64,000 bases of DNA from an uncultured Acidobacteriota bacterium. GTDB taxonomy: Bacteria; Acidobacteriota; Thermoanaerobaculia; Multivoradales; UBA5704. The DNA lies in NCBI GenBank assembly GCA_963770895.1, contig CAVYRF010000002.1, positions 2,048,001 to 2,112,000 of the forward strand, in the 5' to 3' direction. Both the position numbers and the translations under genes were made by a program. Below, one piece after another: positions 46,501 through 54,343 of the stretch (positions are counted from its first letter, which is position 1; each line of letters starts with the position of its first letter). The notes under the pieces are model-generated. The model was given only the letters and a program-made list of their open reading frames with translations. It did not search any database and was not told the DNA's origin.

Positions 46501-46912
46501 ATTGTCGTATCTGCCACTCGCTACAGCGCCCCAAGCGGCTGGCGGCGGCTCAGGCGCCCTCTTTGCCGAGGAACTGGAGGGACGTCGCCTTGGCCGGCTG
46601 CGTCTGGTCGTGCTCTCCGCTTGCAGCACCATCAAGCCGAGAGACACCCGCGCCGGTGGTCCGGCAGGTTGGGCGCAACCCTTCCTCGAGGCCGGTGCCG
46701 CGGCAGTCCTGGGCACTCTTTGGAACGTGGACGACCGCGCCGCCGAGCGCTTGCTGACCGATTTTCACCGCCGCTTCCGGCGCCAGGGAGATGCCGCGCA
46801 GGCCTTGCGCGAAGCGCAGCTCGCCATGCTGGCGGATCCCGACGGTTCATTCAGTCACCCTGCGACATGGGCCGGCTTCGCTTTGGTCGGCCGCTTACAT
46901 CAGCAACCCTGA
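43535..46912 (+). CDS. TPR-CHAT (caspase-like) protease
   Basis: TPR-like helices (LPEARFNRALALE), LAIVPD..L..LPF.AL, catalytic HYAGHA and VVLSAC, FLEAGA..VLGTLWNVDD, ALREAQL, WAGF. Start uncertain. Confidence 0.9.
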   Translation: MSLLSMHASTCESALAARANCRSATTGGARRPVGHRTPSRDRLIRSLGTAFGVAVLAAAGCQRSQRSGLGDLVAALGSRRAVEPRLTGGFASAPCRPAPALDHLPTPDCSPPPPQLSDAGRLAAAHALANLRKREAMSPTAAAESLQAQAVVHLVVGGASDAADRAVAELERATALPSAGGPERSARLWSDLAAAYLVRAGRKDSAMDLIRSLEAAGAALAADPQLPEARFNRALALERLGLRLQATVAWEEVRHTDHAAGWVAEARLHLADLRQLRGRGAWQERRADLDRASLTGDAATVRRLVAAAPQAAREYAVEDLLGRWGAAWLDRQSGLEGDDERRSLQIARVVGRALADGGGDATAAGAVSAIDRAGGAGGSPGTGRGAEARLEALARGHRAYSTGMALSQRLAIEDAGPLLVDARRWLERGASPVAGWAAVALAGIAGYRARLGEAAAEFHDILRETAPDRLPALIGRARWGLAWLEGRQGHLDVALDLYRQAADSYRAAGETENVGAVEGLIGESLQLLGEDPLAWRHRYLALARLEDDLSSLHLHSALLEAARSAAEEGAPRAALELASEDEAVAARSGDPLNLAEVLLWRSRIQLRAGRPASAREDLALARQQVARGPAGLMRLRSEIDIEYAEADLMRRSQPAAVLAPLSRAVAFYAAGGLVWSLMPAYASRARAEIAVGRQAAADADFAAAVGLYQREGRSTTLRAQRRAFAAEARELCEAMIAWRADHAPPPALAALAASEQARALALPYLPAAAAAPVYVLPPGVAVLEYAALPDRLLIWLVSSGGVQLFERALPAAALAEQVRLFDATLLRRSSGELDAAAKRLYAELMPAGLDAVAGGAELAIVPDLSLNQLPFAALVNPRTGRYLVQEHALALAASVASYAAAGSGAVDRGGPSAWSALLVGDPAFDGRDFPWLSRLPRAEAEVRTLGAIYPRSTTLMRERATKSAVLAEIPAHEILHYAGHAVANAEEPGLSYLPLATAPQAAGGGSGALFAEELEGRRLGRLRLVVLSACSTIKPRDTRAGGPAGWAQPFLEAGAAAVLGTLWNVDDRAAERLLTDFHRRFRRQGDAAQALREAQLAMLADPDGSFSHPATWAGFALVGRLHQQP

Positions 46913-46929
46913 ACCGAGAAAGGAGCTCT

Positions 46930-47808
46930 ATGCCTCATGCCAGGCCGTTCACGCTGCGCCTCATCTTCTCCGGCGTCTGCCTGTTCACCCGCGCCGAGGA
47001 CGCCGATTGTCTGGAGGACGGGATCTGCGTGTTGATGCCGGGCGCGACACCGGGCCCCCGGTGCGCCGCCGACAAGAAGACCCAGCTCACTCCACACCAG
47101 GCCCAATTACGGTTCAGGATCAAGAACATCCTTGGCGCGCGTGCGGTTCCCGAGTTCACGGCGTCGATGCCGCTGTTGCGCCGGAGGGTGGAGCTGCGGC
47201 TGTGTGAGACACCTGATGCCGACAACTGCCTGCGCATCACCAGGGAAGGTGAGGGGAGCTTCGATTTTGTCCCCAACTTGCAAAAAGTCGCGCCGGGATA
47301 CGGCGACATCGACCCGCAGGATCTGACCTTCAATCCGAGCCACGACATTCAGTCCCAGATCCTCCTCGACAAGGGCCGGGTCTACACCCGCGCCGACGAG
47401 CGCATGTGGAGGTTTCCCAATGACCTGGCGCCAGAAGAAGTCCGGCAGCGGATCGCCCACCAGGTGATCGTGGAGTTTACGGACATCGTTAGGGCCAAGC
47501 TGGTGCTCACTCCACTGCCGGGGAAGCATCCCCGCCCATATTTCATCGAAACTCTACGCGTGGCGCCGGCTCCCTATGACGAAGACCTCGTAGAGCTCAC
47601 GATTTGGAACTTTGAAGCCCCCGGCGTGCCGAAGCAACGCACCCTGCCGGACCAGCCCGACTTCGATTTCATGTGGTTTTACGAGCTGCTGTCGTGCAAG
47701 GAGTACGGGGATCTGCAAAAGAAGGGAGTATGTCCAGTCCCATATCCGATCAGATATGCCGAAGACGCATCACTCGGCCGCGACTGCTTCGCGGCGCAAT
47801 CCGATTGA
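46930..47808 (+). CDS. Hypothetical protein, CHAT-associated
   Basis: AAGGAG RBS, ATG 17 nt after the CHAT stop; 292 aa, beta-rich, no signal peptide. Confidence 0.75.
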   Translation: MPHARPFTLRLIFSGVCLFTRAEDADCLEDGICVLMPGATPGPRCAADKKTQLTPHQAQLRFRIKNILGARAVPEFTASMPLLRRRVELRLCETPDADNCLRITREGEGSFDFVPNLQKVAPGYGDIDPQDLTFNPSHDIQSQILLDKGRVYTRADERMWRFPNDLAPEEVRQRIAHQVIVEFTDIVRAKLVLTPLPGKHPRPYFIETLRVAPAPYDEDLVELTIWNFEAPGVPKQRTLPDQPDFDFMWFYELLSCKEYGDLQKKGVCPVPYPIRYAEDASLGRDCFAAQSD

Positions 47809-47911
47809 GCACCTGAAAGGGTCAAAGCGACGGCGGCACCTTCAGGAATGCGCTGATTTCAATCGGTGACGACGCGTCTTGCCGCGGCACGCGTGACGCC
47901 GCTTTGCCCGT

Positions 47912-48907
47912 TCAGCGGGGCAGGAGAATGGCGGCCAGGATGGCGAGGCCGAGCAGGGCGTAGAGCACGCGGTAGCGGGATTGCAGGCGGCGGATGCTGG
48001 CGAAGGTGAGGTTGTCGCGGAGGGCGGCGAGCGAGCTGTAGAGGTGGAGGGCGTAGAGGGGCAGGGCGACGGCGGCGAGCCAGGTGGGCAGGACGTGGCG
48101 GGTGGCCAGGGCGATGAGCAGGGCGTACGCCAGGGTGAAGCCGGCCAGGCCGGCCAGGAAGGTGGGGGTCTTGCCGAAGGTCACGGCGTTGGTCCTGATG
48201 CGGTTGCCGGCGTCGCCGTCGAAGTCCCGGACTTCCTGGTTGAGGTGTCCGGCCGCAAAGGTCAGGCCGAAGAACGCAGCCAGGGTGAGGTCGGCGGCGC
48301 CGCAGGTGCGGAAGAGGGCGACGCCGAGCAGGAAATGGAGCGTGCCGCCGGCCAGGTGGAGGAGCGAACCGAGCACCGGGATGCCCTTGCCCGCCGATCC
48401 GGGTTGCGAATAAATGTAGCCGAGGGCGGCGATGGCGGTGGCGATGCCCAGCGGGCGCGCGCCCAGGGCGGTGAAGAGGGTGAGGCTGAGGGCCGCAAGG
48501 GCGATCCAGGTGAGGCGGATGGCGTCGCTGCTGATGCCCTTGGCGGCGAAGACACTGGCCGCGCGGTTGGCGTCGTTGAGGTCGGCTTCCAGTCCCGCCC
48601 AGTCGTTGAGGGCGAAGACGTAGGCGACCAGCAGGCAGCTGGCGATCAGGAGGACGCCGAGCGCGGCCAGCTTGCCGACGCTGGGCGCGCCGATGGCGAA
48701 GGCGGCGCCGAGCAGCGGCGACCCCTGCAAGATCAGGATCTCGCGATAACGCAGGCACGAGAGGTAGCGGCGAACGAGCCCGGCGGTGGGAGGGATCGAA
48801 GCGCCCGGAGCGGTCCGCTCGCGATCGCCCGCCGGCTGCGCCGGAAAGCCTTGCGGTGCGGCCAGGCGGTTATCGGAGACCTGCATCGCCACCTTGCCGC
48901 CGCTCAT
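47912..48907 (-). CDS. UbiA-family prenyltransferase
   Basis: About 8-9 TMs, NDWAGLEADLND, YIYSQP...K, NQEVRDFDGD...RT. Start 48907 or 48886; overlaps the upstream gene's end. Confidence 0.82.
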   Translation of the reverse strand: MSGGKVAMQVSDNRLAAPQGFPAQPAGDRERTAPGASIPPTAGLVRRYLSCLRYREILILQGSPLLGAAFAIGAPSVGKLAALGVLLIASCLLVAYVFALNDWAGLEADLNDANRAASVFAAKGISSDAIRLTWIALAALSLTLFTALGARPLGIATAIAALGYIYSQPGSAGKGIPVLGSLLHLAGGTLHFLLGVALFRTCGAADLTLAAFFGLTFAAGHLNQEVRDFDGDAGNRIRTNAVTFGKTPTFLAGLAGFTLAYALLIALATRHVLPTWLAAVALPLYALHLYSSLAALRDNLTFASIRRLQSRYRVLYALLGLAILAAILLPR

Positions 48908-51446
48908 GTTCTAGATACAACCTGAGCCAAAGCGCATACCCGAAGTCCTCCGACCAATAGAAGCGAGGTGTGTGCGCCGTGAAATCGTTGTGATAGAGGA
49001 GCGGCGGGTTCAGCCGCACCGATGCGAAGTCATCTTGCGCCAGGTTGCGCAACAGCGCAAGGGTCTGGCTGGATGCCGCCGCGGCGGGGGAATTTGTGCC
49101 GCGCAGGGCGGTCAGCAGGCGCCCCGCGTCCAGCCAGATCTGCTGGCCTGCCTCCGCCATGTTCAACCGTTGCTCGGGGATGCGCAACGGGCATCCCGCC
49201 AGCGGCAGGTCGGCCTGCCGCAGCAGCGGCACCAGGGGCGCGGCCTGGTAGTAGACCCACAGCCGCGGCTCCGCGATCGTGCGGCGCAGGGCGTCGCACA
49301 GGGCGGCGGCGGCCGGCGGGTCGGCCTGGGCGAGCAGCAGCAGCACGTGCATCTGGATGCCCACGTCGGCAGGGTCCGGGTCCGTCCCCGGATCGAGGCA
49401 CTGGTAGCGCTCGCGTGGCGCGAGCCAGGTGCGGTACAGGCCGTCGCGGGTGCGGTATTGCGCCAGGACGGCCAGCGCCCGCGCCAGCAGCTGGCGGTCG
49501 CCGGTTCCCGCCAGCCGCCACGTCAGCGCGGTGTCGTCGGCGTCGGGGGTGATGACGCAGCCAAGGGTGTGGATGGTGGGGCCGTCGGGCCGGCCGTGAT
49601 AGCGCACCAGCCCGCTTTCCTCGATCTGGCCGCTCAGGTGCGCCCGCGCGCGAGCCAGGTTGTCGTCGAGCCCCGCCGCCGCCGCGACCGGCGCCAGCAG
49701 GTCCAGCATCATCGCCGTCAGATAAGTGTTCATCTCGGCGTGCGGTTGAGTGAAGCGCGGCGCCGGCGTGTGCCAGGTGAGCCAGAAGCCTGCCGGCCGC
49801 TGGTCGCCCGCGATGCGCCGCGCCGCCTGCCGCGCCGCCGCGGCGAGCCCGCCGGCGTCGCTCCGGCGCAAGGTTCCGCCCGCCGCACCGGCGTCCGGCG
49901 GCGGCTGCTGCTGCGGAGCCGCGACCGGTGCTCCCGGTCCGGCGGGCGAAGCCGGATCGCGCCGCGCCACCGGCGCCGGCACCAGGGTGGCGCCGTGATC
50001 TGCCGGCGGCAGGGTGACGCCGTTGCGAGCCGGCGGGGCCGCCGGCCGCACGGCCGGGCGGTCGCCGCCGTGGAACGGCAGGGTGAAGGCGGCCGGCTTG
50101 TGGCGCGGCTCGACCAGGAAGGGGATGTTGTGGGGATCCCAGGTGGCGCGCATCTCTCCGGGCGCTCCGGGGCGCACGGCGAAGATCGCGGCATCGCTGG
50201 CGCCGCCGTACCAGAAAGCGCCCACCGCCTGGATGGCGATCGAGACGGCGATCGCCGCGGCGAAGGCGGCGCGGCCGGCGCCGCGCAGGGCGGCGAGGGC
50301 GGGCGGCAGCATCCACACCAGCAACGGCACCAGGTCGGTGAGCCAGCGCTGTCCCCAGGAACGGCCGCCCCGCCAATCGGCCTTGGCGTAAAAGAGGATC
50401 TGGACGGCCATGGCGATGGCGACGGCGATGGTCAGCCAGCGCGTGCGCGGGTCGCGCAGGGCGCGGCGGAAGCCGGCCGGGACCAGCAGCAGGAACGGCG
50501 AGAAGACCAGCAGGCCTCGCGTCGGGCTGACCAGCATGCCGGCGACGCCGGCCAGCAGCTCGTTGCGGAAGAAGTCCGACTGCTTCTGCCTGGGGATGCC
50601 GTAGGCGCCGATGAGCTTGCCGGTCACCGCCAGGTTGTAGATCACGACCAGGCAGATCGGCACCGCCGCGCCGGCCGCCAGCCAGGCTGCCCGGCGGTAG
50701 CCGGCCCAGCGCAGGGCGTACAGCCCGAGCGCCGCCGCCAGCAGGGCGTCGGGCGGGCGGTTGCCGGCGATCAATCCGCACAGCACGCCCACCGCCAGCG
50801 CCCGTCCGGCGGTGCACGGACCGGTGAGCAGGAGCAGCGCGCCGACCAGCAGCAGCTCGGCAAGCCCATGCTGCCACAGGGCCTGGCTGCCGATCATCCA
50901 GGTGTCGGTGCCGAAGGCGAAGGCCGCCGTCAACAGCAGGGCGTCCGCGGGCTCGGCGCGCCGCCGCAGCAGCAGGTAGAACAGCGCCGACGCCGCGGCG
51001 GCAAGCAGCGACGAGACGCCCTTTTCCATCGCCGCCGCCGTGTGCAGCAACCGCGACGCCGTCCAGCCGCGGTGGTTGAGATAGGCGACCGCGGGCAGGT
51101 AGAGCGGCGCAATCAGCACCGGGAGCACCACCGGGTAGAGGGAGATCGAATGGTCGTCGCGGCCCTGCACGATCCAGTAAGGCTGCGGATGGCCTTCGGT
51201 CGTGGCCTGCAGGATGGGGTCGAGCAGGAGGGTGCCGTACCGCCACATGGCGAACGGCTGATAGCGCGCGGGCAGCGAGTCGCCGGTGCCGACGACCCGC
51301 AGGTTTGCGTTGTAGACCACCAGGCAGAGCAGCCCCACCAGCAGGCTGATGCGCAGGTCGCGGCGCCGCCGCGCCGGCTCCGGGGCGCCGGCGGGGATCG
51401 ACACTCCGGCGCCTGCGGGAGCTGGCTTTGCTTGCGAGTCCGTCAA
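48870..51446 (-). CDS. Fusion of a GT-C-like membrane domain and a class II terpene-cyclase-like domain
   Basis: N-terminal multi-TM domain (YNAN...GD, SQALWQH, WGQRWL.D), Ala/Pro linker, C-terminal domain with QW-like segments and PDADDTA. Start uncertain (TTG at 51446). Confidence 0.65.
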   Translation of the reverse strand: MTDSQAKPAPAGAGVSIPAGAPEPARRRRDLRISLLVGLLCLVVYNANLRVVGTGDSLPARYQPFAMWRYGTLLLDPILQATTEGHPQPYWIVQGRDDHSISLYPVVLPVLIAPLYLPAVAYLNHRGWTASRLLHTAAAMEKGVSSLLAAAASALFYLLLRRRAEPADALLLTAAFAFGTDTWMIGSQALWQHGLAELLLVGALLLLTGPCTAGRALAVGVLCGLIAGNRPPDALLAAALGLYALRWAGYRRAAWLAAGAAVPICLVVIYNLAVTGKLIGAYGIPRQKQSDFFRNELLAGVAGMLVSPTRGLLVFSPFLLLVPAGFRRALRDPRTRWLTIAVAIAMAVQILFYAKADWRGGRSWGQRWLTDLVPLLVWMLPPALAALRGAGRAAFAAAIAVSIAIQAVGAFWYGGASDAAIFAVRPGAPGEMRATWDPHNIPFLVEPRHKPAAFTLPFHGGDRPAVRPAAPPARNGVTLPPADHGATLVPAPVARRDPASPAGPGAPVAAPQQQPPPDAGAAGGTLRRSDAGGLAAAARQAARRIAGDQRPAGFWLTWHTPAPRFTQPHAEMNTYLTAMMLDLLAPVAAAAGLDDNLARARAHLSGQIEESGLVRYHGRPDGPTIHTLGCVITPDADDTALTWRLAGTGDRQLLARALAVLAQYRTRDGLYRTWLAPRERYQCLDPGTDPDPADVGIQMHVLLLLAQADPPAAAALCDALRRTIAEPRLWVYYQAAPLVPLLRQADLPLAGCPLRIPEQRLNMAEAGQQIWLDAGRLLTALRGTNSPAAAASSQTLALLRNLAQDDFASVRLNPPLLYHNDFTAHTPRFYWSEDFGYALWLRLYLEHERRQGGDAGLR

Positions 51447-51608
51447 CGGCGGCTGTCCAGAGGTTGTAAGGGTACCATGCGCGCCCGCGCCGCCGGCAGC
51501 TCCCACCGCCTTGGCCGCCGGCAGGGTTCCGCCGCGAAGAAGAGTGCCGGCGCGCCCGGCACCTGTGGCAAGATCTGGCAAAACGCCGCAAGATCTGAGG
51601 AGAGCGGA

Positions 51609-52040
51609 ATGTCCAAGGTCAACACCGGCCGGGTGCTGGTTGCCGGGCTGGTCGCGGGTCTGGTCATCGATGTCGTCGATTTCGTGGTCAACGTCCCGAT
51701 CCTCGGCCAGCAGTGGAAGGACGGTACCGCGGCGCTCGGGGTCAGGGAGGGGTCGGTGGCGATGCAGTCGGCCCTGGGCTGGATCTGCCTCGACCTGTTC
51801 GCCGGCCTCTTCACCGCCTGGCTGTACGCCGCCATCCGGCCGCGCTTCGGCGCGGGGGCGAAGACCGCCCTGTGCGCCGGCTTCGCGGTCTGGTTGCTCG
51901 AGCACTTCGCGCTCGGCAGCCTCTTCTGGAACGGTCTCTACCCGCTGGCGCTGGTCGTTTCGTCGTCGGTGGGGGGGCTGGTGGCGAACCTTGCCGGCGG
52001 TTGGGTCGGCGGCAAGCTCTATCGGGAAGACGCCGCCTAG
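51609..52040 (+). CDS. Small 4-TM hypothetical membrane protein
   Basis: GAGGAG RBS, MSKVNTGRVLVAGLVAG, WLYAAIRPRFGAG.KTAL; 143 aa. Confidence 0.75.
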   Translation: MSKVNTGRVLVAGLVAGLVIDVVDFVVNVPILGQQWKDGTAALGVREGSVAMQSALGWICLDLFAGLFTAWLYAAIRPRFGAGAKTALCAGFAVWLLEHFALGSLFWNGLYPLALVVSSSVGGLVANLAGGWVGGKLYREDAA

Positions 52041-52046
52041 CCAGCG

Positions 52047-53057
52047 TCAGCGAGCTGCCGGCGACCCTGGGGGCCGGCCACTCGCAGCCAGCCGCTGCTG
52101 GATGCTCTGCCGCCACAGCTCGAAGAGCGGCGTGGCGCTGCCGTCCGCTGCGGCAGGCGGCGCCGCGCTAGGCAGGTCGAGCGGCGAAGCGGTGGCGGGC
52201 AGCGCTTCGTCGGTCACCTCCGCCGCCCGTTCCGCCGTCATGCCGCACAGGACCGACGCGGCCAGGGCAGTGCCGGCGGTCGGGATGCCGGCCCGCAGGC
52301 GCGCCTTGACGGCAAAGGCCGCACCTTGGGCCAGGGCGGCGGCGGCGGGGCCGGCCGCCTGACGCAGGCTTGCCACGCCGGCGCGCTCGATGCCGCCCGC
52401 ATAGGCGCAGGCCAGCCCGACGCCCGACCACAGATCCGCCTGGCGGGCCTGGGGAAAGGCGGCGATGTCGGCGGCGATGCGCGCCGGATCGGCGCCTTCG
52501 ACAAACCACAGGCTCCTGCCGACTCCCTGGTCGAAAACCCGCCGCGCATATCCCTTCAGGCGCTGCGGCACCTGCTGGCGGGCGACCGCCTGCGGCCAGT
52601 GGAAAAAGCCCTGGTGGAAGCCGTAGCCGTCGAGCGCCAGCCAGCCATAGACCGGGTGCAGCCTGCCCAGCAGCCGCTCGACCGGCAGCGGCAGCCGCGC
52701 CAGCGCCCAGCCGGCGCCGACGTGGATGATGTAGACGTGGGCGTCGCCCGCCGCGGACGCCAGCAATCGCTGCAACCGGCCGCTCCGCCAGGGCGTCAGC
52801 GTGTCGAGCACGGTGAGCGCCATCGCCGCCCCTTCGAAGGCGAATCCCTGCCATTCGCGCGGCACCTCGGCGCCGATCCGCGCCGCCAGGGGTTCGGGCT
52901 GGTCCACCTCCAGGGCCGTCATGTAGCCCCGCACGAAGCACTGCCCGACCTGCTCCAGGTGGCCGCGCAGCGACGCGGAATCGCAGCGAAAGCCACGCCG
53001 CTCAAACGACGTCTCGCGCGGCGAGATCCCCAGCAGCCTTCGCCTCAGAGCGCTCAT
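52047..53057 (-). CDS. DUF1702 family protein (enediyne E3/UnbL-like)
   Basis: ETSFERRGF, GFAFEGAAM, YIIHVGAGWALAR, LALDGYGFHQGFF, DQGVGRSLWF, DLWSGVGLACAYAGG. Confidence 0.85.
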   Translation of the reverse strand: MSALRRRLLGISPRETSFERRGFRCDSASLRGHLEQVGQCFVRGYMTALEVDQPEPLAARIGAEVPREWQGFAFEGAAMALTVLDTLTPWRSGRLQRLLASAAGDAHVYIIHVGAGWALARLPLPVERLLGRLHPVYGWLALDGYGFHQGFFHWPQAVARQQVPQRLKGYARRVFDQGVGRSLWFVEGADPARIAADIAAFPQARQADLWSGVGLACAYAGGIERAGVASLRQAAGPAAAALAQGAAFAVKARLRAGIPTAGTALAASVLCGMTAERAAEVTDEALPATASPLDLPSAAPPAAADGSATPLFELWRQSIQQRLAASGRPPGSPAAR

Positions 53058-53179
53058 GCTAAGGAATTGTACCGCCGAACGGCGGCGGACGTGGGCGCGT
53101 GGGCGGCCTGCCGCCCGCGGCCCTTGGGGCGGTGGCGGGCTGCCGGTATGATCGGCGCACCTTGGAAGAGGAGCCCGCG

Positions 53180-54223
53180 ATGTCTCCGACCGCGACCACC
53201 CAGCCGGCGCTGGCGGCGCCCGATCTGACGCAGATTCGCGAAGCGCGCCAGCGCTTGCGCGGCCTGGCGATCGAAACGCCGCTGCTGCGGCTCAATTGGG
53301 AGCCGCCGGCCGGCCCGGCCGGCGCTGCCGGCGCGGCGGCCTTCCCCGAGATCTATCTCAAGCTGGAAAACCTGCAGCCGATCGGCTCTTTCAAGGTGCG
53401 CGGCGCCGCCAATGCCATGCTGCTGGCGGGGCGCGAGCGGCTGGCCGCCGGCGTCTACACCGCCAGCGCCGGCAACATGGCGCAGGGTGTGGCGTGGAGT
53501 GCGCGGCGCCTGGGCGTGCCGGCCACGGCGGTGGTGCCCGACCACGCGCCGGCGACCAAGCTGGCGGCGATCGAGCGCCTGGGCGGCACCGTGGTCAAGG
53601 TGCCGTTCGAGCGCTGGTGGCAGGTCATCACCGACCATTCGTACCCCGGCATCCCCGGCCTGTTCGTGCACCCGGTGAGCGACACCGCGGTGATGGCCGG
53701 CAACGGCACCATCGCGCTGGAGATCCTGGAGCAGCTGCCGGACGTGGATGCCGTGCTGGTGCCCTACGGGGGCGGCGGTCTGTCCTGCGGCATCGCCGCC
53801 GGGCTGCGCGCGCTGCGGCCGCAGGCGGCGGTGTACGGCTGCGAGGTGACGACCGCCGCGCCGCTCAGCGCTGCGCTCGCCGCCGGCAGCCCGCAGGTGA
53901 TCGACTACCAGCCGACCTTCGTCGACGGCATCGGCGGCAAGAGCCTGCTGCCCGAAATGTGGGCCCTGGCGCAGGGCCTGCTGGCCGGCGCCCGGGTGGT
54001 GCCGATCGCCGCGGTCGCCGCCGCCGTGCGCCTGCTCGCCGAGCGCAACCGCGTCATCGCCGAGGGGGCGGGCGCCTGCGCGCTGGCCGCCGCCCTGGCC
54101 CCCTGGACGGGAGACGCCGGCGCGCCGCCGCCGCTCGCGGCGCGCAAGATCGTCTGCATCGTGTCGGGCGGCAACATCGACGCCGCCAAGCTCGCCACCA
54201 TTTTCGCCGGCGCCGTGCCCTGA
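53180..54223 (+). CDS. PLP-dependent threonine/serine dehydratase
   Basis: LKLENLQPIGSFKVRGA, SAGNMAQG, PYGGGGL, EGAGA, SGGNID. Confidence 0.9.
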   Translation: MSPTATTQPALAAPDLTQIREARQRLRGLAIETPLLRLNWEPPAGPAGAAGAAAFPEIYLKLENLQPIGSFKVRGAANAMLLAGRERLAAGVYTASAGNMAQGVAWSARRLGVPATAVVPDHAPATKLAAIERLGGTVVKVPFERWWQVITDHSYPGIPGLFVHPVSDTAVMAGNGTIALEILEQLPDVDAVLVPYGGGGLSCGIAAGLRALRPQAAVYGCEVTTAAPLSAALAAGSPQVIDYQPTFVDGIGGKSLLPEMWALAQGLLAGARVVPIAAVAAAVRLLAERNRVIAEGAGACALAAALAPWTGDAGAPPPLAARKIVCIVSGGNIDAAKLATIFAGAVP

Positions 54224-54343
54224 GCCGCCTGGTCCGCCCGGCCGGCGCCCGGCAGACGCGCGCCCGGCGGCAGAAACCTGGCGGGTGTCGGGGAGGTAGT
54301 ACGGTGCGTAGGAGTCGGCGATTCCAGGGAGGCCACCGGCGCC

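Noticed and set aside
43535-47808. Craspase (type III-E) or gasdermin system
   Set aside because: No Cas7-11 or array is in the window, and I see no recognisable gasdermin features in the partner.
51447-52040. Upstream extensions of ORFs 48870..51905(-) and 48972..52040(+)
   Set aside because: Each extension is the antisense shadow of the other real gene. The real starts are near 51446(-) and 51609(+).
52047-53057. Enediyne biosynthetic cluster
   Set aside because: Only the DUF1702 gene is present; there is no PKSE or other cassette gene in the window.
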